Positions 23,075-32,999 of a stretch of 33,445 nucleotides of DNA are shown in pieces. The notes below the pieces were generated by a model that had not been told where the DNA came from, did not search any database, and saw nothing but the letters and a program-made list of their open reading frames with translations. The number at the start of each line of letters is the position of its first letter. Position 1 is the stretch's first letter. Origin of the DNA: Halocafeteria seosinensis. Lineage: Eukaryota. Both the position numbers and the translations under genes were made by a program. The stretch lies in assembly GCA_001687465.1 (NCBI GenBank), contig LVLI01000268.1:62001-95445 (forward strand). Reading direction: 5' to 3'.

Positions 23075-23743
23075 TTTGTTTCACCTTCTCGTACATACAC
23101 AGAGAGATAACAAAGCAGACAGTCATTCAACCACGGCGATAACTGGAATGTATGGGAAAGTGAATGGCTTTGAAATATCTTGGGTGACACCCGGGCTTCC
23201 AGCCCGGAAACCCTCCGGCAGCTGGGGTTTGCTTAAGTTGCAACGAGTGTCGTGTCACAAACTTTGTGAACGTTTTCAAAGGAAGAAAAGATATAGTTTA
23301 TTACAGAGTAAAAGCAGAAAATGCGACGGAAATTTATGCATCAACGGTAATCACGGAGTTATTTCGGGTGAACGAAGAACACTCGATAATCGGAGTAGTT
23401 AACTCACGAAAACGAGCAGTTCACTCGCGTTTCTCTCTCTCGGAGACCCGGAGTCTAATTATTGGTAACTCCAAACAGACTCAAAGTATGTATTTTCCAT
23501 GCGAGTGACAGTTGCTTCGCCCATCGCATAATGCACAATTCTTTTCAATCCATTTACCGGTTTTAGCCTGCCAACTGGGAAGCTCAGAACTCGAGCTTCC
23601 TCGCAGAGTCAAGTTGACTTACTTTATTAAACCAACGTCAAACGCTTAGCGCTTTCTTCTTCATTTTTCTCTCTTGCTTTTATACTCCCTTCATCCTGAT
23701 GTGAATACCGGCATATGATTAAAACGTCAAACTTCCGTTCCCT

Positions 23744-25213
23744 TCAACCGAAGGAGTTGTGAGATGTCGTTGTTCCCTCAGAGAGCGAGTTTCGCAAAGG
23801 AGTATCGGGCTGAGAAGGAGGGGAATACCTTCCATCTTTATGAAGAATACCACGCTGACCTTCTCTTTCCATTTTATCAAAGCGCCAAACGGAGACCGTT
23901 TTCTTCCGGTAATTATAGTACCAGCGGACGACAAAAAAGACTACAACGAAGCCGACACCAGAGCACATCACGATGGCTAGTGTCGCGCTTGTAAACCCTC
24001 CATTGCTTGAGGATGTAGGGTTGGGTTCTATGTGCACAAGCATTGAACCGAACGAACTCTGAATTGACGAAGCAGAAGCAGTTTTACCTCGCGGAACCTC
24101 ATCGGTGCGGCACACGGAAAAGTTGACTGAGCAATACTTCCCTTCGAAAGCAAATGGTTGGGAAGCTGCTTTAATAGTGACGGAATATCTCCCTTTTCCA
24201 TCACTTTCTTGAGCTTCCTGTACATAGATATCATCCGTGCAGTTTGTGACATTCGTGAAACTAAAATCTTGTTTCAAAGAGATCGCATTCTTGAATTGGT
24301 CTCGCGCTGAGACCTTCAAGTCCTGTTCCGTGCCGGCTTTTATATCGATAGATAGTGACCTTTTCTCCCCGTCGAAGGTAGATGTCCAGGAGCTTGGAAA
24401 TGGATTACACATAAAATTCGTTTTCCAATTCAAGCATATATGAGTACCAGGCAACCAGTTAGGCCCAGGCAAGGAGTTTTGGCACGTTGACGCAATCCCA
24501 TCGTCAAGCATCACGATTCCCGTGTTAAACGCTTCGTTGGAGTAATTACACGAGTAAAGAACTGTAACATTAGCTATAAGGCCCCGGCCACGACTGAGAG
24601 GCGGTGAGAGCTTGAAATCGAAGTCGGGTGATTCAGTCAGAAACTCTTGAATCGCTTGGTATCCGCATTTAATCTTTTTCCACATAATTCGCTCCCGTGA
24701 AACTGGCGCATGGCATGAAAAATTTTCGCTGGAACTCCATTCGGTACCGCCGTTGCTGCAAATGCAGAGAGCACTACCAAAGGGACAGGAACTTGTAGCA
24801 GGCTGTGCATCCGAATAAATGGAGACAAATTGCTAATCGGTAGTATCCAAAACCTGGCAGTTTTTACTTACGTTCGAAGTATTCACCGGGCTGCAAGGGT
24901 CCATGTAAAATCGGCTCGTTATGTTGTGCTCCTCCTGGTGCTCGGAAAATATGTACTGACTTCCACTTTTCAGCATCCAGGCATGGATGAATGACGGGCC
25001 CACCAAGGGAAACGAGTGATTCTGACAGATGCTACAGTTTGCCCCATTGATGCCCGGGAGGTTCTCAGCAGTCCTCCTCCACGACGTCCATTCCCGAATA
25101 TGAGCCAGAAAGCCATTATAATAGTCATGTATGGACCCTTGGCCAACTGGGAGGACGCCCAACAAAAGCAAGCTTGCCACAATATGCCGCAAGAGTACAG
25201 ATACGGGCGCCAT
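23744..25213 (-). CDS. Type I membrane glycoprotein with Cys-rich ectodomain, probable MRH (M6PR/ATG27-like) domain; exons complement(24872..25213, 23744..24802)
   Basis: Signal peptide MAPVSVLLRHIVASLLLLGVLPVGQG. One 69-nt GTAAGT..CAG intron joins the 126-aa and 313-aa ORFs in frame. There are many N-x-S/T sequons, and a TM helix TLAIVMCSGVGFVVVFFVV followed by RWYYNYRKK. The domain call is an inference. Confidence 0.75.
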
Positions 25214-25605
25214 ATCGCTTAAGGGGATGCAATGGAACCGCTAAAGACCCCAATTATGGTACGCATTTTCTGTCATTCGCAGCTACATTGATGCATCTGC
25301 GGGAGCACATTCATGCGAATACGCTCTCTGCCCACAGTTGCGTTGTAACGACTTCCACGTATGAGGATAGTTTGTGGTGCAGTACCATACACTGATACTT
25401 TTTGATAAAACATTAGACTTTGTGTTATGTCGTGTCTCGATAAATATAACCTTTGAAACATTTTCGACCAGCAACTTCAAGGAGGCGATTGCAGTTTGCA
25501 GCAAGCAAGCTCGGCGTGAAGTAAGCAAAATGGCAAAGAATTGCATAGCAAAACTGTAAAATGTAAATTCCATTTACAGTAGTTACAACCTAGTAGTTTT
25601 TTTGC

Positions 25606-28229
25606 CTACCAACCTATGCGAAGCCAACGGGGAGGATTCTTCTCTCCGACTTGAGCGGGCTCGTCCGAACCACTGAGTGTAGGATACAGATCTTCATCGG
25701 GATCTATACTTGCATCCCCAATGCTCCACCACGGAGACACACTTGAAAACGTTTGCACATCTCCGCCGTCTGTTTCGGCGAACAGGCGGTTGTCAGCGGT
25801 CACTACCGGTGTGGGTGCCACAATAGCAGAGGGAGCGATAGCGGTTGTATTTCTCGCAGTCTCATTCGAATTGGTCGCCTTTGAAGACGAGCTTGAATCC
25901 GGACTTTGGGCATCGGTATTTCCTTGTCCAGATCCCGAACTACCGGAGGAGGAGGGGGCGGAAGCGCGAGCTGTTCCAGCTTTTTGATTCGAGGATGGAG
26001 CAGCTTGAGTCAGTTGGTCAATGACTCGGGAAATTGTATCCCGGACCTCGTGCAATTCATTTTGAATGCGCTTTGCTTTGCGATTCACTTCCACCGTCCG
26101 AAGATGATTTGCATTAGGACTACTAGACGTCTCATCAACTTTCAGTTGGTCGTCGTTCAAGGCCATCGGGTGAAGAACGGAAAGTTCTTGGAGCTCGTGG
26201 CTTAAATGTTGCTCGCGGGCTCGCAAAGAGTGCAGCTGAACCTTGCTTCGAATTCTTTGACGAATCGCTTGTATTCTGCGATTTTGGCAGACTGCACGAA
26301 AAGCAGTACGGAGTCTTGGTGTTGCAGAACTAACATAACGTCCATGTACGCCTAGGCGCGATAGGTCGATGTCCGTGCCACTGTCTGTGTGCGTTGCTCC
26401 GGCGCTTTCTTTACCCGACACGATCTTAGCGGATGAGTTCAGGTTGACGCAGACAAGAATTCCCCGATCAACATAATTATCGATCTCTGATGGACAATCC
26501 GGGAAAATCTGAAAAGCAGATATCACAAACTGATACGAAGCACATAAGGAAATTGGGGAGCACTCTTTTGACATACCTGATTGGCCAGTTCTTGCCGGTG
26601 AACCCACTTCCGCTTAGCCAAAAGTTCTACCATGGCAAAACATCTAAGGAAACATTTGTACTTATGGGTTACCTGTAGAGCAAGATCCCATGCATTATGA
26701 TAGACCGATTCCGGAGGGGTTTGGAACAGGAACGCATCATGGTCAGAATCTCGCTGATCACCGCAACAGTAGAGGCTTTCCAGCAAGTTCTCTACTTGTT
26801 GTACGCTGTCAGCTAGAAGCCTTTGAACTGCTTCTTGCCATGGCTGTCCTTGTGTAATTTGACCGATAAGCACGTCGATGTCGTTTAGATGGCCCCCGAT
26901 TGAGTTAATAATTGCATCAATTTCGACATCAGACAGTGGTTTAGGAACTCCCTGAGACGGTACGCGTTCGACCGCTTTCTTCATTGGAGAGGGTTCATGT
27001 GATTTCTCAGAAGGTTCTGAGGGCTCGTCCAAGCCGGTTGCTGCATCTTCAAAAGGACCACTCCATCCTCTAGCATCTAAATTCTGTCCCTGTTCTTCCG
27101 TCTCTTCTCCAGCGGACAACTTCCTCAGTCGACTGTTTACCACATCGCGAAAAAAAGTCCTTACGGAAGCATTCCTCGGGTAATCTATATGTAACTTTTG
27201 GCGGCGCATAGAAAAGGAGGCTCGGTTATCGATCTCATCTGCAATATCCGGTGTGCACACCAGAACAACGTGAGCCAACCTGGAGGAAGTAAGAAAAATG
27301 CACCAATCCAGGAACATCTGAAAGTTTTTATCTTCTGTGAGCGACTTCCTGGTATTACTCTCCTTTGATACTGACATTATTCGAGTGATTTCATCCACAC
27401 ATATTGTGGGTGGATGATCTCCCCACACGTCATCCTGTTTTAGTTGCTTCAGTACTTGAACAATACTGTCTAAAGCTTTGTCGGTCTCTTTGGCCAATGT
27501 AGCAGCCTGGGTAAAAATGGCTCGACCTAATAACTCATTTGGAGGAAGTAAGTACCCACACTCTCGTGTGAAAACTTCCATAAACTCGTGCCCACTGGTG
27601 ACGGGATGTTCCCTCATATCGACGTACAACGTGTTAGGGCGTTCCCCTAATATCTCCCGTAGCAATCCCGTCTTTCCACTTCCTTCCGGTCCCGTCACAA
27701 CTAGTGGTCCATTTGGAGTGCCTCTAAGATGCGATACAAGAAAATCCACTTTATTGGGTCGATTAAGCCATAATTGTTCTTGACCAGCACCTCCGTCGTT
27801 GAAGGAGATCGGTTGTCTCATGTTATTTCGAATATACGACCGCTGCCTGAAAGGCAGCCGATTGAACACTTGTATGCCAATGTAAACGAAGAAGACACTG
27901 ACAATGACGGCACCTCCTCGTAGAAAAATCAGGGTGATATAGGGTCGACGCTGTTGGACAGCGTTTAGAGGCTTCTGCCTCCCAGAGGGCAGTATTCCGA
28001 CGTTCATAGAGTTTGAAGAGCCACTGTACGAAGGGGGTAATAACCCGGAATGTGCTCCGCCACCACGAATCCAATGAGGACCTCTATGGGGACCTGTATG
28101 GAGACATCTTTCGCCTGCTGTAGAGACCCCTATGGCCACTGGAGGCGCCAGGTTCGAGTAGGTCTTTCCTCGTGTCCATCTCCTTATGGCACCTCTTGAG
28201 TAAGACGACATATAGTTTCCGATTTTCAT
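25606..28229 (-). CDS. Membrane-anchored P-loop NTPase, Yme2/RNA12-domain-like, probably mitochondrial; exons complement(26577..28229, 25606..26508)
   Basis: The N-terminus is Arg-rich and acid-poor (ATG at 28229 or 28211). It is followed by TM GGAVIVSVFFVYIGIQVF, Walker A VVTGPEGSGKT, Walker B TICVDE, DWCIFLTSSRLAHVVLV, IGGHLNDI, TPRLRTAF and a C-terminal coiled coil. One 68-nt GTATGT..CAG intron. Confidence 0.8.
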
Positions 28230-28343
28230 GGTCTTCTGTTCGTATGGGAGCTGTGAGCACGCTGTATACAAATCAAAGCGAAACGAAACTCGAGTCTCGA
28301 TAGTGCTGACAAGTTGAAGTTGGGCACGAAGTTAGCTCAGGCA

Positions 28344-28378
28344 GCCAGTGGCCACTGGCCAGTGGCCAGTGTCCACTG
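28344..28378. repeat. Five-copy heptamer array (GCCA[G/C]TG) containing overlapping perfect palindromes
   Basis: The sequence is gccagtg gccactg gccagtg gccagtg tccactg. 28349..28368 (tggccactggccagtggcca) is a perfect 20-bp palindrome. Confidence 0.85.
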
Positions 28379-28599
28379 TTCAATTTCCATATCCGAAAGA
28401 AGACTGAAAATACCGCGAGAACGGGTAAACACAAGAAATTCAGGGGTTTCAATGTGTATTTCATTTTTCTGGCACTCGGTAGGCTGGAACACTGGCTGTT
28501 TGGCAAAATCGCGGCAACGTTCCGTCAATCATCCATTATCGACAAGTTAGATGGGTAATAACTTATGCTACGTTGTATGCATGATAAGGTGTTGAAGTG

Positions 28600-29904
28600 T
28601 TATTGGAACATTTTCTGGCACACTCGTGGACAGCTTCCTGTATTGTGCCCATGCCTGACCAATGTCAACCTCCCCAGTTGTTCCGTTTCTACCTCGTCAA
28701 ACCAATCATTTTGGCCTCTTACGTAGGAGCACAAGAGGCCCTGGGGGCAAGCAGATTGATCTTTTCGTACGCAAAGAGCATCCAGTGTCCGTGGGTTCTC
28801 ACTGGGCGATAATTCTTCAGTGTAGAGGCTGCATGGCATGAGCTACTCCGATGAAGGGCAAGACTGTTTTTGCAACAGTAGTTGAATGACTATACGGTGT
28901 GGATCTCGTGGACGCGTGGTTGTTGGTAAAGAAGGCTTCTCTAGTGGCATCGTTTCATAAGGCCTTTCCTCAATCGTCGAGGAGCTTGAAAGGGGATGCA
29001 TTGCTTCCACTGAGCCACGCACTGTGCTCGATTAACTCCCACTCGGCAGTGGGCTCGGTGGAGTGCGTTGGAGAACTCGTGCTTTTGGGGCTCTGGGCTA
29101 CATTTTTTTAAGCTAGAGGTGGACGTAGTTGGTGTCATTGGCCACGTAATAGAGAGAGTAAAAGAGTTCCTGGGCGTGTTATGAATCCAGACTCAGTCTT
29201 CGTAGCAGAAGGTGAAGGTGTTGAATGGTGAAGCAGTGGCGCAGTTGGCAGAGGAAGCCGTGGTAATGGCACTGGCGGATCCCGATGATGTAGAAGTGGA
29301 CGTTGATGAAGGTGTTGACGAGGGAAGTGTAAGAGTGTGAATGAGGCCGATGTCAGGGACAAAGTTGTTTTCGCTGGTTACTTCGGATTCGTTCAGGGCA
29401 TCAGGAAGCACCTTATCCAACATGAAGGACTTCCCATTGATTGGCTCCCATGTTTCGATTGAAGTATGGTTACGCTGCAAAGCTGCGATGTCCAGCTCGA
29501 CAGCTTGAATAGTTTTGCATCGTCGATCCCTCCTTGAACAATAAAGGATGCGTTCACGGGTATCAGATCCGCCGGATATGCAAACATAACGCTTTCTCGT
29601 CTCCCTGTTTTTGTGGTGCTCCCTCCAACACATCTTGAGGACTCTAAAGAAGTCATCAAGCTCCAAAACGGCGCTGAATTGTGGGATATGAGCACCTTCT
29701 GCAAAATCGCTCTCATCCCTATCACCATCATGGGTCTGTGTACAGTGATACGGAAGTCTCTCCAGTCGTTCTGAGTCTGGCCGTCGCCAGGTTTACCGAA
29801 GTCATTGAGAAGAAAGCCCTTCTCTTGACCTTGTTCGCTGTACAAATCGACCATGCATACAAGTTCTCAAACGATCTAGCGTCACCATGCACTAATTGGC
29901 TTAC
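28600..29904 (-). pseudogene. Frameshifted remnant of a secreted/surface protein with Ser/Thr-rich stalk
   Basis: Protein-like text switches repeatedly among the three minus frames: DWRDFRITVHRPMMVIGMR / ESVMFAYPADLIP / NNFVPDIGLIHTLTLPSSTPSSTSTSTSS / STPSPSATKTES / SPKSTSSPTHSTEPT. There is an in-frame TAG at 28843..28845 and a normal-sized 67-nt GTAAGC..CAG intron-like segment at 29904..29838. Confidence 0.55.
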
Positions 29905-29913
29905 CTGTTTGTG

Positions 29914-32900
29914 TTATCGAAGTGACGTTTTTCCTCGCATCGATATCCGCGATGAGTGCCGCTCCAAAGGCTGGCGACGCAGTGGTCGAACCTGGCTAAA
30001 CTCCTTCTTGTTGCTTGACTTTCCCTTTTGTTTCGAGACTGCTGATGTAAATTGAGCAAACTGCAATTGCCTGATGCCACACTCTTCGCTGCGGGTGGGG
30101 TGACTACCTGTCTCCTGCTCAATATCCCGTTGCTTGCTTTCGAAATTTGATGCTGAAACAAGCTCAACCAAAGGCTCTGGTTCAGCAAGAACAGCAGCTT
30201 TCCACTTTCTCATAGAAAGAATTACTTTATCTCGGGTTTTCAAGGATGACGTATCAACGTCGGAGGAAACAACTAGTACCGTACAACCATTTCGTTTTGC
30301 GTGAGAGTGCAGTTGAGACCTCTCATGAAAATGCATGTCAGGTTCTCTAGGAGACGCAAGAGTAAAATCATGCAACTTTTCAGTGCAGCAACCATTGAGG
30401 CCAGCGCATATCTTCGTATCGCGGATCTCGGGTGGCACTCCAGAAATCTTTGCTGGCTTTTTTTGTTGAGTTATTTCTGAACGAGTTTCGCTGTTAATCC
30501 GCTGTGTGGTGCGAGCTAAGGGATTGACCGTAAGTGGGTGGTTTTCGTTACCAGAAGAGGTGGCACACTCAGGTGACACAGCTTCTTGTATGTCGCAGCT
30601 AGATACACTGGTCAGCCGATGGAGCTCCTCAAAATTTAGATATTGAACGGGCAGCCCTAATTTGTGAGCATGGTATGAAAGTGCGCTGGGGAATTGCCCT
30701 GATTGAGAGAAGTTACGTCGCCTCCTAGCAATGATGAAAACGGCAGCAATGGAGACAGCAGCAGCTATTGCAACTGGAGCAATTAAGACTTCTGCAACCG
30801 CCCCGTGCTCCATTAAGCTATTCTTGGTGTTAGCCGTGTTGTACTCATCTGCTCTGGAACTAACTGTTGGCGAAAACGGGATTGTACCGGTAGAGCTGGG
30901 GTTTAAATGGCGTGAATCTTCTGTTCCCGAGGGGGGCGCAAAGGTGGATGTTGCTTGAGGCTGAATAGCTTCGGTAGGTAAGACTACTGAATTAGAGGAC
31001 GAACCGTGTGAGCCGGATGTCGACGCCGTCGACGTCGAACTTACTATCGGGGAAGCCTTTAACATCGCTGTCGTAAGAATACCCCCAGTCGACCTTGTCG
31101 GGCTTCCAGCAAAACCTGATGCCGCTAGATCAGCCGTCGCCAGTGGAGTAGTGGAGGTGGTGTTTGACTTTTGGGCCATAGCTGACTCTTTACTGCTGGC
31201 AGAAGAAGATTTTGCTGAGCGTGTGCCAGTTTTCGAAGGGATCAATGTGGCCGACGAACTACTCGTTTCGCTTGGGGAAGGAGTTTTTGTAACCGGTTTC
31301 GAAGGTGTCGCTGAGCATGTGCCAGTTTCCGAAGGGGTCAATGTGGCAGACGAACTACTGCTTTCGCTTGGAGAAGGAGTTTGTGTAACTGTTTTCGAGG
31401 GTGTCACTGAGCAAGTACCAGTTTCTGAAGGGGTCAATGTGGCAGACGAACTACTGCTTTCGCTTGGAGAAGGAGTTTGTGTCACTGTTTTCGAGGATGT
31501 CGCTGAGCAAGTACCAGTTTCTGAAGGGGTCAATGTGGCAGATTGACTACTTGAAGCCGTGAAGGAAGAACTAGACGTCGATGTGCTTGTGGGTGTTGCC
31601 GTGACGGTGGTAGTAGCGCTCTGTGTGGGAGATGGACTGCTGGAAGGAGTCGGTGGAGCTGAGACTTGGAACCAAAGTATCGGTAAATTCTGTGTATCAC
31701 CATCGTACAACCAGATATCCTTCGGCCACTGAGGATATACTACTGGTCCATTCTGGGTCAAACTCCGAATGTCATCAGAGTTTCCAACTTCGCTAACAAC
31801 ACTGCCTCCACTCTCGTCAATGCCAATGATGCTATCGCTTCCGCTACCGTTATATACGCAATGGTCAATTTCAATGTCCCGAGCACTGGGATCAATGTGC
31901 CCAATGATACCTCCACTATCTTGTCCTTGTATTATACCGCTTGCGTAACAGTTCCTGACGATTACGCTCCCCCCACCGTGATCACCTTTGGCCTGACCGC
32001 CCGTATTCCGGCCGCATATCCCGCCACTTTCGCGACCGACTAGATTTCCCCGAGAATAGCAGCTTTCGATAACAACGTAGCCTTTCTCCATCGCCGACGA
32101 AATTCCGGCAACCATACCACCGCTACCCACACCAACCATATTTCCCAAGGAGTAGCTCTCAAAAATGAACAACTGCCCCTGTGTAGCGGCTTCATAACCA
32201 CCTGTAAACCCTCCAGCTCCCACACCTGAAATAGTTCCTGATGAATGACACTGCGAGATGTAAACAGTTCCACGAGTTTGACCGACTCTGTGTCCACATA
32301 ACCCACCAGAAAATTCACTGGCGATTTCTCCATGGGAGGAGCATCTGGTTATATTCACAGTGCCACCATGGCGTCCACACTCACGACCAAGAATACCATT
32401 AGACGTGCGGCCTATCATATCACCAGTAGAATAACAATCTGACACTCGAATTTGCCCATCTTGACCGCCATGCTCCCCAGCAATGCCACCTCCTCCATAG
32501 CCTCCAGATGATCCTACCCCTCCGATATTTCCCGTGGAGCTACAAAGGTCGACGTCAAAAAACCGTTGGTGGCTACGTATAAGAAAACCCCCTCCCACAC
32601 TTGTTTGCCCCCCGCGAGCGTGTACACGGGTTATCCGGGGTGCTGCTTCGAACGAAGAGACGTCATTATCAATACAAAACAGGCCCTCAACGGCATTTAA
32701 GTCACTCATATCCACCGTAAAATCATTGCCATCGAACTTCTCATGAGCCTTCAAAGTGATGAAATCGTCATTCCCTGTCCAGGTGACGCTGCAAGTTTGC
32801 GAGAACAGTAGTGCGTTGTCGTTATACGTAAAGCAATCTAGGTTCCCTTTGACGATATCTTCTCTGAAATCAGTTCCACTACATGAATCACACCCAGCAA

Positions 32901-32985
32901 TTAAGATTACTGAGGCCTGCACGAAGATAAACCACCATTTAGAACACCTGAGACTCCATACCAGCTCCGTTCCAGAGGTGGCCAT
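29914..32985 (-). CDS. Type I surface protein: GLUG-like Gly-rich repeat head, Ser/Thr mucin-like stalk, TM helix, long cytoplasmic tail (1023 aa, intronless)
   Basis: Hydrophobic N-terminal signal, about 7 repeats of the form I..C.S.G.I.G..SGG(I/L)(C/A/I)G, an S/T/P stalk, and TM VLIAPVAIAAAVSIAAVFIIA followed by RRRR. Confidence 0.85.
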   Translation of the reverse strand: MATSGTELVWSLRCSKWWFIFVQASVILIAGCDSCSGTDFREDIVKGNLDCFTYNDNALLFSQTCSVTWTGNDDFITLKAHEKFDGNDFTVDMSDLNAVEGLFCIDNDVSSFEAAPRITRVHARGGQTSVGGGFLIRSHQRFFDVDLCSSTGNIGGVGSSGGYGGGGIAGEHGGQDGQIRVSDCYSTGDMIGRTSNGILGRECGRHGGTVNITRCSSHGEIASEFSGGLCGHRVGQTRGTVYISQCHSSGTISGVGAGGFTGGYEAATQGQLFIFESYSLGNMVGVGSGGMVAGISSAMEKGYVVIESCYSRGNLVGRESGGICGRNTGGQAKGDHGGGSVIVRNCYASGIIQGQDSGGIIGHIDPSARDIEIDHCVYNGSGSDSIIGIDESGGSVVSEVGNSDDIRSLTQNGPVVYPQWPKDIWLYDGDTQNLPILWFQVSAPPTPSSSPSPTQSATTTVTATPTSTSTSSSSFTASSSQSATLTPSETGTCSATSSKTVTQTPSPSESSSSSATLTPSETGTCSVTPSKTVTQTPSPSESSSSSATLTPSETGTCSATPSKPVTKTPSPSETSSSSATLIPSKTGTRSAKSSSASSKESAMAQKSNTTSTTPLATADLAASGFAGSPTRSTGGILTTAMLKASPIVSSTSTASTSGSHGSSSNSVVLPTEAIQPQATSTFAPPSGTEDSRHLNPSSTGTIPFSPTVSSRADEYNTANTKNSLMEHGAVAEVLIAPVAIAAAVSIAAVFIIARRRRNFSQSGQFPSALSYHAHKLGLPVQYLNFEELHRLTSVSSCDIQEAVSPECATSSGNENHPLTVNPLARTTQRINSETRSEITQQKKPAKISGVPPEIRDTKICAGLNGCCTEKLHDFTLASPREPDMHFHERSQLHSHAKRNGCTVLVVSSDVDTSSLKTRDKVILSMRKWKAAVLAEPEPLVELVSASNFESKQRDIEQETGSHPTRSEECGIRQLQFAQFTSAVSKQKGKSSNKKEFSQVRPLRRQPLERHSSRISMRGKTSLR
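31215..31541 (-). repeat. Coding tandem repeat, 96-bp unit (32 aa, SATLTPSETGTCSxTxSKTVTQTPSPSESSSS), ~3.4 copies
   Basis: The anchor tcaatgtgg recurs at 31242, 31338, 31434 and 31530, an exact 96-bp period, and the units are near-identical at the DNA level. Confidence 0.95.
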
Positions 32986-32999
32986 CCTTTCTCCAGTCT

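Noticed and set aside
31215..31541. CRISPR-like array
   Set aside because: The whole 96-bp unit is repeated with no unique spacers, it lies within a CDS, and there are no cas genes.
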